From a virus, in IMG/VR virus record IMGVR_UViG_3300025120_000019: DNA of 64,000 nucleotides, one strand, 5' to 3'. The translations under genes and the position numbers were made by a program. The notes beneath the pieces were generated by a model that made no database searches, was not told the origin of the DNA, and saw nothing but the letters and a program-made list of their open reading frames with translations. Shown piece after piece: positions 30,285 to 40,629 of this stretch (within the stretch, counting starts at the first letter, position 1; each line of letters opens with the position of its first letter).

Positions 30285-32027
30285 TTATATTATTAAATCC
30301 CAACTTCCTCTTGGATAATATCCATCAACTGAAAACTGCCAGTAAAAACTATTCCAGTAAAACTGCTGACTTGTGTTTAAGTTTGTTACATAAGTTGGTG
30401 TTTTTGTTTGACTAGCATCAAAAATTATTTGCCATTCAGTACCAGACCATTCACAAATATCTCCAGTATCTGCTACAAAGTCTCGGTCAGTTGTAGATTT
30501 CCACGCATCTGCTCCATCTTCGTTTATGTATAAAACATACCTTACTTCTTCGCCTGGTCTTGGCATATCGTCTGGCTGTATTTTTAATACTAAACTACCA
30601 TCAATAGTTTCTTGTGATGTAACATCAGTTTTACGTATATTATTAATATACAAATCAATATCGTACACTCTATCAGCATCTACTTCTGTTTCTACTCGTG
30701 TGGTGCTATTACTTGCGGTAAATATTCTTTCAATTTGTCCGCCTATGGGTTGTAAAAGTAAAAGTCGAACACCGTTTGCTTTTACAGTAGTAGGATCAAA
30801 GTTACGTGGATTAATAATATAATCAACTGTTCCTGCATTTTTAGTTGGCCCTTGTAAAAGTGTATCTGCTGGTAAAGTATCAACATCGTATGTCAAAACA
30901 ATCTCTTGTGTATTATTATTAACAAAATCAAATGTAGCTACAATAGATGTTAATAATTCAGCTCTTTTTAGTCTTATTTGACTTATTCCTGGTTGGAATT
31001 TTGCTGGAGCTTCTGCTTCTAAAACATTTAACCAATTTATGTTATTGAGATTTGCCGCATTTTTAGCAAGTTTAGCTAATCGTTTTTCAATTAATATATC
31101 AAAATTTCTATAGGTTGCTGTGTTAACATTAGCTACATTTATATTTCCGTCATTTGAAGTTTTTATAACAGTAGTTCTACTATCTTCAGGGCGTAATCCA
31201 TCATAAACAACATTACCATCTTCATCGTATTTTGCTTCTTTTGGTTCATTTGGATTATTACTAACTACTGACCCATCAGGTAATACGACAAATCCGTCTG
31301 CAACTTTTGTTTGATCACTTGTATCAGGATTAAATCCATCTAAAGTTATTGTATTAGCATCTAAATTTAACACACTATTAATTATTTCAGTAATAACACC
31401 AAGCTTTTTAACTTTTGTTGGCGGTGAAATATAAACAGGAGCAATAAAACTTAATGTAGCAATATCTATTTCTGTTTCTGTTCCCACCGGAATACTTCTG
31501 CTACTAAAATTAATATTTTCAAGTTGTAGTACAGTTAAACTTGTCCAATCTACATAATTGTCATTTGTTTGGAATTCTAAATCAGGATTAAACATCATAA
31601 AAATTTGTTCTAATAGCTGTAATTTTTGTTCTGTATTAGAACTCCATACATCCACATTTACACCTAAAACATAAGGCGTCGGATGTAATCTTTCTACCGT
31701 AAATCCGCTTCCTTGTGTAGTTGAATATGTTTGACTAGTTTCATCAAATGCACGTTCTTTAATATTAATTTTACTTATAAAACTACTATCACTTAGTCTG
31801 CTTCTATCCATTTGCATACTAGTAATATATACAGCCATTCTTGGTACAGAAGGCATTTTATTTTCACTATTATCTCTAATAATATTTGCAACTTGTCTTG
31901 TCAAATCACCATATGTTACAGGCACTTGACGTAACTCTTCGTCACCGTCTTTGTAATTAAAATTACTGAAAGCTCTTACAATTTGTGTAAGATACCTTCT
32001 TATTTGTCCATCATAAAAATATTGCAT
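30285..32027 (-). CDS. gp15: Tail sheath stabilizer/tail completion protein (T4 gp15-like) with C-terminal extension
   Basis: YFYDGQIRRY..F..VPVTYG..PRM..PTPY..QKLQLLEQI...FNP pattern; next to neck genes. Confidence 0.75.
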   Translation of the reverse strand: MQYFYDGQIRRYLTQIVRAFSNFNYKDGDEELRQVPVTYGDLTRQVANIIRDNSENKMPSVPRMAVYITSMQMDRSRLSDSSFISKINIKERAFDETSQTYSTTQGSGFTVERLHPTPYVLGVNVDVWSSNTEQKLQLLEQIFMMFNPDLEFQTNDNYVDWTSLTVLQLENINFSSRSIPVGTETEIDIATLSFIAPVYISPPTKVKKLGVITEIINSVLNLDANTITLDGFNPDTSDQTKVADGFVVLPDGSVVSNNPNEPKEAKYDEDGNVVYDGLRPEDSRTTVIKTSNDGNINVANVNTATYRNFDILIEKRLAKLAKNAANLNNINWLNVLEAEAPAKFQPGISQIRLKRAELLTSIVATFDFVNNNTQEIVLTYDVDTLPADTLLQGPTKNAGTVDYIINPRNFDPTTVKANGVRLLLLQPIGGQIERIFTASNSTTRVETEVDADRVYDIDLYINNIRKTDVTSQETIDGSLVLKIQPDDMPRPGEEVRYVLYINEDGADAWKSTTDRDFVADTGDICEWSGTEWQIIFDASQTKTPTYVTNLNTSQQFYWNSFYWQFSVDGYYPRGSWDLII

Positions 32028-33181
32028 TAATTATCTGCCTTTGGTTTTAATGCTTTACTAAGAGACTGTCTTTCAGTAACTTGTTCGCCGTTGATTGTAT
32101 TTACAGTAGCATTATTAATAAATGTTCCTTTTAGAGTATTTTTAACAGTGTCTGGCGTAGTTGTTGTTCGTACAGCATCTTCGACTTTCTTCCAACTATT
32201 TCCATTATATCTAAATAGTCTGTTGGGTACAAAATCTGTACGTAAAAAGTAACTTCCAACACTACTATTTGACGGGAACCCAATTCCCGTTCCAAATGGA
32301 GCTCCATTAGGAGGAGTACCATCGCCTACTAAATATCCTTTATAACCACTTTGAGGAGCAGGATCAATCACGCTTGAAACATCAACATCAAAATCAGCTC
32401 GTAGTACATCATCGTCAACAGTCACTATACTTACTTCTCCGTTAGTATCAACACTTATTGTATAAAAATGTTTTGTATTATAACCAGCTTGTGGAAGATT
32501 GTCTTCTGCTTGTGCAACTACTGCATTGTTAATCTGCATTTCTGTCTCAAACGTTGATAATACATCTCGTAATGTTTGATCGCTTCCTTCTTCGGAAGGC
32601 AAATCAAGTATGTCTTTATATTCTTGTCCATCATATATTTGTTTTAGTTTAAGTCTATACAAATGTGGATACCAAGTTTGACTAAAGCCTTCGCTTGCTC
32701 TGTTAACATCTTCAACTACATAAAACCTTTTTAATGCTACTGTTGCATCGTTTAGTGCATATTCGTCTATTAAGTGTGGCAATTCAATAACATCACCACT
32801 TATAATTTTTCTCCCTAATGTTTTCACACTACTGTTAATATGCACTGTCATAAACAATGTATCGTTTTGTAAAAACAAACCAAATTGAGTTAAATCAAAA
32901 TCGTTATCTTGAACATTGTAATGTCCTCTAATTGAGTAAATATCTTGATCATATTTTCTATCTCTATTTTCTAAAAATAATAAATCTTGAATATTTGATA
33001 CTGATTCATTTTCATAAATTGGTTTTTCTTTTGTAGCTTCTTCAGCTGTAGGATTTTTTGTTCCGACATATTTGTGTAAAAGTACATCGGTACCACCAAC
33101 AGTAAATTGTTCTAGAATAATTCCATCTAGAAAACTGTAATCTTTTGATTTTTCTGGTCTATATAAACTTAGTCTCGGCAT
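32027..33181 (-). CDS. gp14: Neck protein (T4 gp14-like)
   Basis: LLFLENRDRKY..DLTQFGLF..GDVIELP; start reassigned to ATG 33181 (MPRLSLY). Confidence 0.7.
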   Translation of the reverse strand: MPRLSLYRPEKSKDYSFLDGIILEQFTVGGTDVLLHKYVGTKNPTAEEATKEKPIYENESVSNIQDLLFLENRDRKYDQDIYSIRGHYNVQDNDFDLTQFGLFLQNDTLFMTVHINSSVKTLGRKIISGDVIELPHLIDEYALNDATVALKRFYVVEDVNRASEGFSQTWYPHLYRLKLKQIYDGQEYKDILDLPSEEGSDQTLRDVLSTFETEMQINNAVVAQAEDNLPQAGYNTKHFYTISVDTNGEVSIVTVDDDVLRADFDVDVSSVIDPAPQSGYKGYLVGDGTPPNGAPFGTGIGFPSNSSVGSYFLRTDFVPNRLFRYNGNSWKKVEDAVRTTTTPDTVKNTLKGTFINNATVNTINGEQVTERQSLSKALKPKADN

Positions 33182-33184
33182 ATG

Positions 33185-33205
33185 TATATTTATCGTATAA
33201 ATATA
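33185..33205. promoter_or_regulatory. Back-to-back divergent late promoters
   Basis: TATTTATC-G-TATAAATA: GATAAATA on minus strand and canonical TATAAATA on plus strand between gp14 and gp13. Confidence 0.7.
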
Positions 33206-33219
33206 TATGGAGAGATTCA

Positions 33220-33990
33220 ATGAACGCAATACCTGATCTAACAACAGAAAAACAACAAATATTTGATTATGTGAATGCATTTCTTGGTGGAGGAATGGTT
33301 GATGTAGAACTTGATCCTATACATTATGAAACTGCTTTATCCAAATCATTAACAAAGTACAGACAGCGAAGTGAAAATAGTGTAGAAGAAAGTTATGCAA
33401 CTATTACTTTAGTAGAAAGTCAAAATGCCTATATCCTACCACAGGAAATTATCGAAGTAAGAAAAATTTTTAGAAGAAGTGTTGGAAGTAGACTAGGAGC
33501 AAGTGCCGACGGAGGTAGTTTATTTGAACCTTTTAATTTAGCATATACTAATACATATTTGCTTGCAGGATCAGGTATAGGCGGATTAGCTACATATGAC
33601 TTTTTTGCACAACAGCAAGAATTAATTGGAAGAATGTTTGGTTCATTTATGGAATTCAAATGGAACCCTACAAGTCATAAATTAACTATACTTCAAAGAC
33701 CAAGAGCCGAAGAAGAAGTTCTTTTACAAGTTTATAACTATAGACCTGATTTTGAATTATTTGCTGATTATAAAGCCGCACAATGGATTAAAGATTATAC
33801 ACTAGCAGGATGTAAATATATGCTAGGTGAAGCAAGAAGTAAGTTTAGTACTATAGCTGGCCCTGGCGGCGGAACTACATTAAACGGTGACACACTTAAG
33901 GCTGAAGCACAACAGGAAATGGAAAAGCTTGAACAGGATTTGTTTATGGCAGTAGCAGGTGGTACTGGTTACGGATTTCTAATAGGTTAA
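33220..33990 (+). CDS. gp13: Neck protein (T4 gp13-like)
   Basis: LGGGMVDVEL..WIKDYTLA..LGEARSKF..PGGGTTLNG..EA..E motifs; start at ATG 33220 behind GGAGA. Confidence 0.8.
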   Translation: MNAIPDLTTEKQQIFDYVNAFLGGGMVDVELDPIHYETALSKSLTKYRQRSENSVEESYATITLVESQNAYILPQEIIEVRKIFRRSVGSRLGASADGGSLFEPFNLAYTNTYLLAGSGIGGLATYDFFAQQQELIGRMFGSFMEFKWNPTSHKLTILQRPRAEEEVLLQVYNYRPDFELFADYKAAQWIKDYTLAGCKYMLGEARSKFSTIAGPGGGTTLNGDTLKAEAQQEMEKLEQDLFMAVAGGTGYGFLIG

Positions 33991-34259
33991 AGATCTTCGT
34001 CATGCACATATAGTTGCATAAGTGCATAATGTAACACTTTCATAAGATCTTTTCTAGCATCTTCTTTTGTACCTTTTTTGCCATAGCGTTGACCATATTT
34101 TAAAACATTTCCAACACAAAACCCAGTACCGTGTCCACCATCAATTATAAATTCTGTAGCTTGAAATTTATCTTTTGAATAATGAGCACCATAAGTTGTA
34201 TCTATATATTTTGCAAACTCTTTAATATATTCATCTTCTTTAAATTTGTATTTTGTCAT
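33987..34259 (-). CDS. DUF3310 / T7 gp1.7-like nucleotide kinase family protein
   Basis: HY..GFCVGNVLKY..RYGKK..DLMKVLHY motif; start at 34259 behind AGGAG. Confidence 0.6.
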   Translation of the reverse strand: MTKYKFKEDEYIKEFAKYIDTTYGAHYSKDKFQATEFIIDGGHGTGFCVGNVLKYGQRYGKKGTKEDARKDLMKVLHYALMQLYVHDEDL

Positions 34260-34278
34260 AAACAACTCCTTAATTTTT

Positions 34279-34307
34279 ATTTTACACGATTAATTACACT
34301 TAGTCAA
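34279..34307 (-). promoter_or_regulatory. Sigma70-type promoter for DUF3310-like gene
   Basis: Minus strand TTGACT-N17-TAAAAT. Confidence 0.6.
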
Positions 34308-34404
34308 TAGAAAAATGCGTGTATTACTGGACTAAAATTAATAAAAATAACCAAATCTGCTAAATAATAGTAATAAGAGATTTAGACCCATAGGAGAAAT
34401 TAAA

Positions 34405-37400
34405 ATGGCATTAACATCACCAGGTGTACAGGTTAGCGTTATAGATGAGAGTTTTTATACTCCAGCTGAACCAGGTACTACTCCAATCATCTTTGTTGCT
34501 ACCGCAGAAAATAAACTGAACGGTGCTGGAACAGGTATTGCACCTGGAACTACAAAAGCAGGCGCAGGAAAAGTTTATTTGTTATCATCACAAAGAGACT
34601 TAGTAGAAACTTTTGGAGATCCAAGCTTTAAAACGGATGCAAACAATAATCCGATACACGGCGGAGAGCAAAACGAATATGGGCTCCAAGCCGCATATAG
34701 CTTCTTAGGTGTAAGTAATAGAGCTTATGTAGTTAGAGGAGATGTAGATTTAAATGCACTTTCAGCAAGTGCTACAGCTACAACAGCTAATCCAGCTAAC
34801 GGAACTTGGTGGTTAGATACTAGCACATCACTGTTTGGAATTCAACAATGGAATGCCGCCGCAGTAACAACTACTGGCGGACAAACGTTTGGTAATAAGG
34901 CTCCTATTGTAATTACAGATTCAACAAAACTAGTTGGAAATTCAGCTACCGGCGCACCAAAAGGGTCAATTGGTGCAGTAGGTGACTATGCTGTTAGAGC
35001 AACTACAACAACAGTAAAAACATATTATAAAAATACTGCAGGTACATGGGTAGAAGTAGGAAGTGCTCTTTGGAAAAAATCTTGGCCAAGTGTCTCAAGT
35101 ACATCTGGCGGAACAACAGGTGCAGGTGAGCAATTCACTATTGCCATTAGTGGAACACCTACTACTATTACAACAAGTAGCACAACATTATCAGCTTTAG
35201 CAGGTGACATTAACACAGCCGCTATTACAGGTATTACAGCGGCAGTTGTAGATAATAAACTAGAAATTTATAATGACGGTACTGGCAGAGACTATATTGC
35301 TATTGCTGACGGATCAGGAACACCATTAGCAGACATAGGTTTAACTGCTGGAACATACTATACTACAGCATTAACTATTGCACCGCATACAAGTGTACCA
35401 GAGTATAAATCAGGAGACACAAATCCTAGACCTACTGGATCACTATGGATTAAAACAACAAATCCAAACTTAGGTGCAGACTGGAAAGTGCGTAGATGGA
35501 ATTCAACTACAGAAAAATGGGATCTTTCATCAGCACCACTTTACACAAATAATGCTACAGCATTAAAAGAATTAGATAAAGCAGGCGGCGGTGCAAATTT
35601 AACAGCAAATCAATTGTATGTAAAATATAATGCGGCTGATGATGCAACAATATTAGCATCATATTATGTATATTACAGAAAAGAAACTGGTGCAACTACT
35701 ATTACATCAAGTAAAATTACAGCAACAAGTTTCTCAGCACAAGCATATGCATTTACTGTAAGTGAATCACTTAAAGATAATGCTACGATGACATCACCAG
35801 TTTCAGCATCATTTACTGCAACAGGTGCAAGCACAGACTCAGACTTAATGGCAACAGCTATTAACAATTTAGGTCTTGTAAATGTAAGTGCAAGTGTTGA
35901 TAGTCAAAATAGAGTAGTTATACAGCATTCATTAGGAGGAGAGATTAACCTAGTTGATACTGATAACGGATTAACACTAGCAGGACTAGTTGCTGGAACA
36001 ACAGCTAACTTATACTGGCAACCAGGTGAAAGCGGAAGTAATCCAGAAAAATTAAATGCATCGCTTTGGGCAGGTTTAACATACACTGCGAGTGCGAGTG
36101 CACCAACAGCGTTAGCGGCAGACGGTGCCCTATGGTATAGCTCAGTTGTAGATGAAATTGATATTATGGTACACAATGGAACTGATTGGGTTGGATACTT
36201 ATATCAAGGCGGAACTGGAACATCAGCTACAAGTTCACCGTTCTATAATGCTACACCAGCAAACGCACCAAGTGCGGCAGGGCCAATTGTAAGTGCAACA
36301 GAACCAACAGACACAAGTAGGACAGATGGTAATGCACTTGTAACAGGAGATATTTGGGTAAGCACAGCAGATCTTGAAAATTATCCTAAGATATACAAAT
36401 ATAACTCAGCACTTACAGTGAACAAATGGGTACTACTTGACAACACAGATCAAACTACAGAAAATGGTGTTTTATTTGCAGATGCACGTTGGGCAACAAC
36501 AGGCGGTAGTGCAAGTACACATACAATAGGTGCAATCGAAGACATGATGATTAGTGATTATGTTGATCCAGATTGCCCTGATCCAGCTTTATATCCAAAA
36601 GGTATGATTTTATGGAACCTACGTAGAAGTGGATTTAATGTTAAGAAATTTGTAAGAAACAGCATTGACCTTACATTAACAAATACAAGACAAAACGGAG
36701 CGTCTATGGCATCATACTATCCACATCGTTGGGTAACTGAATCAGCTAATAATAACGATGGCTCAGGATCATTTGGTAGACAATCACAGCGTAAAGTTGT
36801 TGTTCAAGCATTACAAGCAATGGTTAATAGTAATGCAGATATTAGAGACGACGAATCAAGAATTTTTAACTTGATAGCAACTCCTGGATATTCAGAACTA
36901 ATTGGCGAAATGAATAGCTTAAATGCTGATAGAGGATTAACAGCATTTGTAATTGGTGATTCACCATTTAGATTAGCATCAGATGCAACCACACTTAATA
37001 ATTGGGCAACAAATGTTGCATTAGCACCAGAAGATAACGATGACGGACTTGTAACAAGTAATGAATACTTAGGTGTATACTATCCAAGCGGATTTACAAG
37101 TGATAATGCAGGTAACAATATTGTTGTACCTCCAAGTCATATGGTTCTAAGAACTATTGCATTAAATGACCAAGTTGCGTTTCCATGGTTTGCACCAGCA
37201 GGTACAAGACGTGGTGGAGTAACTAATGCAACTGCAACAGGGTTTATTACAGCAGAAGGTGAATTTAGTAGCATTGCTCTTAATGAAGGACAGCGTGATA
37301 CGCTTTATGCTAATAATGTAAATCCAATAACATTCTTAACAGGTGCAGGTTTAGTTGTATTTGGCCAAAAAACTAGAGCGGCTAATGCAAGTTCATTAGA

Positions 37401-37722
37401 TAGAATTAATGTAGCAAGACTTACAGTATATCTACGTAGTCAGCTAAACCAACTTGCAAAACCATATTTGTTTGAACCAAATGATAAAATCACCCGTGAT
37501 GAAATTAAACAAGCAACTGAAAGTTTAATGATTGAATTAGTTGGACTTAGAGCATTATATGATTTCTTAGTTGTATGCGACGAAACAAACAATACACCAG
37601 CAAGAATTGACAGAAATGAACTTTATGTTGATATTGCAGTAGAACCAGTCAAAGCAGTGGAATTTATTTACATTCCGTTGAGATTGAAAAATACAGGAGA
37701 GATAGCAAGCTTGGGATCATAA
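34405..37722 (+). CDS. gp18: Tail sheath protein (T4 gp18-like), enlarged
   Basis: LTSPGVQVSVIDES N-term; PWFAPAG.RRG, RDTLY...VNPI, FGQKT, LDRINVARL, FEPND, PVKAVEFIYI; late motif CTAAATA at 34360. Confidence 0.95.
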   Translation: MALTSPGVQVSVIDESFYTPAEPGTTPIIFVATAENKLNGAGTGIAPGTTKAGAGKVYLLSSQRDLVETFGDPSFKTDANNNPIHGGEQNEYGLQAAYSFLGVSNRAYVVRGDVDLNALSASATATTANPANGTWWLDTSTSLFGIQQWNAAAVTTTGGQTFGNKAPIVITDSTKLVGNSATGAPKGSIGAVGDYAVRATTTTVKTYYKNTAGTWVEVGSALWKKSWPSVSSTSGGTTGAGEQFTIAISGTPTTITTSSTTLSALAGDINTAAITGITAAVVDNKLEIYNDGTGRDYIAIADGSGTPLADIGLTAGTYYTTALTIAPHTSVPEYKSGDTNPRPTGSLWIKTTNPNLGADWKVRRWNSTTEKWDLSSAPLYTNNATALKELDKAGGGANLTANQLYVKYNAADDATILASYYVYYRKETGATTITSSKITATSFSAQAYAFTVSESLKDNATMTSPVSASFTATGASTDSDLMATAINNLGLVNVSASVDSQNRVVIQHSLGGEINLVDTDNGLTLAGLVAGTTANLYWQPGESGSNPEKLNASLWAGLTYTASASAPTALAADGALWYSSVVDEIDIMVHNGTDWVGYLYQGGTGTSATSSPFYNATPANAPSAAGPIVSATEPTDTSRTDGNALVTGDIWVSTADLENYPKIYKYNSALTVNKWVLLDNTDQTTENGVLFADARWATTGGSASTHTIGAIEDMMISDYVDPDCPDPALYPKGMILWNLRRSGFNVKKFVRNSIDLTLTNTRQNGASMASYYPHRWVTESANNNDGSGSFGRQSQRKVVVQALQAMVNSNADIRDDESRIFNLIATPGYSELIGEMNSLNADRGLTAFVIGDSPFRLASDATTLNNWATNVALAPEDNDDGLVTSNEYLGVYYPSGFTSDNAGNNIVVPPSHMVLRTIALNDQVAFPWFAPAGTRRGGVTNATATGFITAEGEFSSIALNEGQRDTLYANNVNPITFLTGAGLVVFGQKTRAANASSLDRINVARLTVYLRSQLNQLAKPYLFEPNDKITRDEIKQATESLMIELVGLRALYDFLVVCDETNNTPARIDRNELYVDIAVEPVKAVEFIYIPLRLKNTGEIASLGS

Positions 37723-37783
37723 AGTAGGGTGTTAATGAATTAACATTTAAATATGATAAATACTTGCAAATAGGAGTACAAAT

Positions 37784-38410
37784 ATGGCAATCTCAACACT
37801 AACAAATATTACGGTACCTTTAGCAAACGACACTAGTGCAAGCAGTCAAGGCTTGCTTATGCCGAAGCTACAATACCGTTTTAGAATTACATTAGAAAAT
37901 TTTGGTGTATCTAACGAAACACAAGAATTAACAAAACAGGTAATTGATGCTTCAAGGCCTACAGTTTCATTTGAAAACCAAGAACTTCATGTTTATGGTA
38001 GTAAAGTAAATATTGCAGGTAAGCATACTTGGAATGAAATTACTGTAAATTTACGTGATGATGTAAACGGTAATGTTCAAAAATTAGTTGGCGAACAGCT
38101 ACAGAAGCAATTTGATTTCTTCGAACAAGCTAGTGCCGCATCAGGTATTGATTATAAGTTTTTACAAAGGCTAGAAATACTAGATGGTGGTAACGGTGTA
38201 AACACACCAAATGTTTTAGAAACTTGGGAAATATACGGAGCATATTTAACCTCAGTAGATTATGGTTCAGTAGCATACGCTAATAGTGATCCTGTTACAG
38301 TCTCACTTACAATAATGTATGATAACGCTGTACAAACTCCAATAGGAAATGGAGTTGGTGCAACTGTTGCAAGAAATGTAAGCGTAGCCGCAACAGGTGG
38401 CGGAACTTAA
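37784..38410 (+). CDS. gp19: Tail tube protein (T4 gp19-like)
   Basis: PKLQYRFRI..AGKHTWNEITVNLRDD..W.I.GAY; follows sheath; late motif at 37755. Confidence 0.85.
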   Translation: MAISTLTNITVPLANDTSASSQGLLMPKLQYRFRITLENFGVSNETQELTKQVIDASRPTVSFENQELHVYGSKVNIAGKHTWNEITVNLRDDVNGNVQKLVGEQLQKQFDFFEQASAASGIDYKFLQRLEILDGGNGVNTPNVLETWEIYGAYLTSVDYGSVAYANSDPVTVSLTIMYDNAVQTPIGNGVGATVARNVSVAATGGGT

Positions 38411-38433
38411 TAAAACAATTTAGAGATTGTTAT

Positions 38434-38465
38434 GAAAGGAGCCTTGAGCTCCTTTCGTTGTTTTA
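38434..38465 (+). terminator. Rho-independent terminator
   Basis: GAAAGGAGC-CTTGA-GCTCCTTTC followed by T-rich tail. Confidence 0.75.
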
Positions 38466-38495
38466 TACGTATATAAATCAAGTGATAAATACTAT

Positions 38496-39830
38496 ATGAG
38501 TAAACTATCCGGATTTTTTGATAACTTTTCAAGTGCATTAGGAAACCCTAAAGGCAATTTAGGTGACTATGCCCATGCGAGTGCTTTATATGTACGTAAT
38601 AATTTACGTCTTACTCCAAAACAAAAATTCCTATATCATGTAGTATTTGATATTAATCAAATAGCATTAGCATCGTTAGGACAAGCGGTAGGTCAACTTT
38701 TAAACAAGAAAGAAGTAAATTTACTGGTTAGAAGTATTGATATGCCTGGATATAGTATTGATACTGATGTAAAAAATCAATATAATAGAAAAAAGATTGT
38801 TCAAACAAAACTTAGATATGACCCTGTATCTGTTGTATTCCATGATGATCAAGCAGGACTAACAACATTGTTATGGGAAACATATTTTAGGTATTATTAT
38901 CAAGATCCAAATTATGCTAGAAAAAATGCTATCGGCCAACCTGATACAACTGTTCCGTTGCCTTTTATAAATAATCCTGATAATACATATGGGTCAGAGT
39001 TACGTAATAGTTATAGATATGGACTAGATAAAACTAGACCTTCTGCACCTTTCTTCAATTCAATTACAATTAATCAATTACATGGAAATAGTGGAGTAAG
39101 TAATTTTACTAGCTACACATTAATAAATCCAATAATAACAAGTTTAAGACATGATAATTTAGAACAAGGCGCCAGTCAGTTTACAGAAAATCAAATGCAA
39201 GTTGAATACGAATCTGTAATGTATGGTAGAGGACTAACCACTGTAGATAATCCAGCAGGATTTGCAGATCCTTCTCATTATGATGTTGGAAAAAGTCCAC
39301 TTTCAGTTGAAGGAGGAGGTGTGTCTAATATATTTGGTGACGGCGGAATACTTAGCGGTATAACATCGGTATTCAAAGATATAGAAAATCAAAATGTAGA
39401 TTTACAAACTATTCTTACAGGATATAATACTTTACAAAATATAGAAAACTATTCTGATCAAGCAAAAGAAGCAGAAAAAAATAATATAATAGACGGAGCA
39501 TTAGTAGCTGTTTCAACAATAGCTTTAAATGGATTAGTTAATAACCTTTTTCCACAACAATCTAATACACAAGCATTTACGCAAACAAGTACACTGCAAG
39601 ATAATAATAATACAATTTTTAATTTACCAAGACAAGATGCTTTAAATGTATTAGCAAATAACCAACAAGCAAGAGATGATTTTGCATTTAAAAATGCATA
39701 TAGTAATAATCAACAATCTGGCAATTTAAATGACAGAAAAGGTGCATGGAATAACTTGAGTAGATCCCAAAAAGATGCATTTGGAACATTAGCAATAGAC
39801 AACTTTGATAACATAAGGAATTCACAATGA
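38496..39830 (+). CDS. Tail tube-like baseplate protein (gp54/gp48-like)
   Basis: LVRSIDMP..NQYNRK..YDPVSVVFHDD..LINP.I...HD.L....YE tube-fold pattern; follows gp19. Confidence 0.55.
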   Translation: MSKLSGFFDNFSSALGNPKGNLGDYAHASALYVRNNLRLTPKQKFLYHVVFDINQIALASLGQAVGQLLNKKEVNLLVRSIDMPGYSIDTDVKNQYNRKKIVQTKLRYDPVSVVFHDDQAGLTTLLWETYFRYYYQDPNYARKNAIGQPDTTVPLPFINNPDNTYGSELRNSYRYGLDKTRPSAPFFNSITINQLHGNSGVSNFTSYTLINPIITSLRHDNLEQGASQFTENQMQVEYESVMYGRGLTTVDNPAGFADPSHYDVGKSPLSVEGGGVSNIFGDGGILSGITSVFKDIENQNVDLQTILTGYNTLQNIENYSDQAKEAEKNNIIDGALVAVSTIALNGLVNNLFPQQSNTQAFTQTSTLQDNNNTIFNLPRQDALNVLANNQQARDDFAFKNAYSNNQQSGNLNDRKGAWNNLSRSQKDAFGTLAIDNFDNIRNSQ

Positions 39831-40195
39831 CAGATGTTACTAGTACCCTAGCAAATACTGATAGTGCAGGAGAAGTTAAAGAATTTTATAATAAGTACTT
39901 TTCTAAACAAGTAAATTTTACATCAAACGAAGTAGACAGTTGTGTAGGATTTTTTGAAAAAAGAGGATTTGGAAAATCTAGTGCCGTATCAACTAGTGTG
40001 GCTATACTACAACAGGCTAAGTTAGAAGGCACTCCAGTATATACTATTCTTGACACTCTCCGTGGATTGGATGAAGTTCAATTAAGTAGATTAGTTACTA
40101 CTATACTTAATGTAAATAGAAGTAAATCAAGTCAATTAGGTTTTAAAGTAGAACCTCAAAATCCTAGCAAAGAACAAAGAAATATTTTATTATAA
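39827..40195 (+). CDS. Hypothetical phage protein
   Basis: ATGA overlap; SD AAGGA. Confidence 0.6.
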   Translation: MTDVTSTLANTDSAGEVKEFYNKYFSKQVNFTSNEVDSCVGFFEKRGFGKSSAVSTSVAILQQAKLEGTPVYTILDTLRGLDEVQLSRLVTTILNVNRSKSSQLGFKVEPQNPSKEQRNILL

Positions 40196-40629
40196 TGGCA
40201 AGGTTTGCTCAAGGAAAGTATACACTGAAAAACCCTGACAAATATGTAGGTGGACGTTCCCCTACATATAGAAGTAGTTGGGAATGGGCGTTTATGCGTA
40301 TGTGTGATAACAATCCTAATATATCTAAATGGGCAAGTGAATCAATTAAAATACCATATAGAAATCCATTTACTGGAAAATATACAGTTTATGTTCCTGA
40401 TTTTTTTGTTGTTTATAACGATAAAAATGGATCTCAAAAAGTTGAACTTATAGAAGTTAAACCAGCTAACCAAACTGATTTAAAGAAAATAGGTAACAGC
40501 CAACATAATAAAGCACATTATGTTTTAAACCAAGCAAAATGGTCTGCGGCTAGGGCATACAGTAAACAAAAAGGTATATTCTTTAGAGTTATAAATGAAG
40601 GAGATATTTTCCATCAAGGCAAACGTTGA
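40195..40629 (+). CDS. gp4: Head completion nuclease (T4 gp4-like, TnsA-type PD-(D/E)xK)
   Basis: KNPDKYVG..YRSSWE..WASE.IKIPY..YVPDF..IEVKP. Confidence 0.85.
   Translation: MARFAQGKYTLKNPDKYVGGRSPTYRSSWEWAFMRMCDNNPNISKWASESIKIPYRNPFTGKYTVYVPDFFVVYNDKNGSQKVELIEVKPANQTDLKKIGNSQHNKAHYVLNQAKWSAARAYSKQKGIFFRVINEGDIFHQGKR

Noticed and set aside
32027-33280. Track starts for gp14 (33280) and gp13 (33145) implying overlapping divergent genes
   Set aside because: Starts at 33181 and 33220 flank the double promoter and remove the overlap; the same logic applies to 58361/58099 (reassigned 58202/58243)
40195-40629. TnsA transposase or homing endonuclease as a mobile element
   Set aside because: Motifs and position fit the core T4-like gp4 head-completion nuclease; no element ends seen
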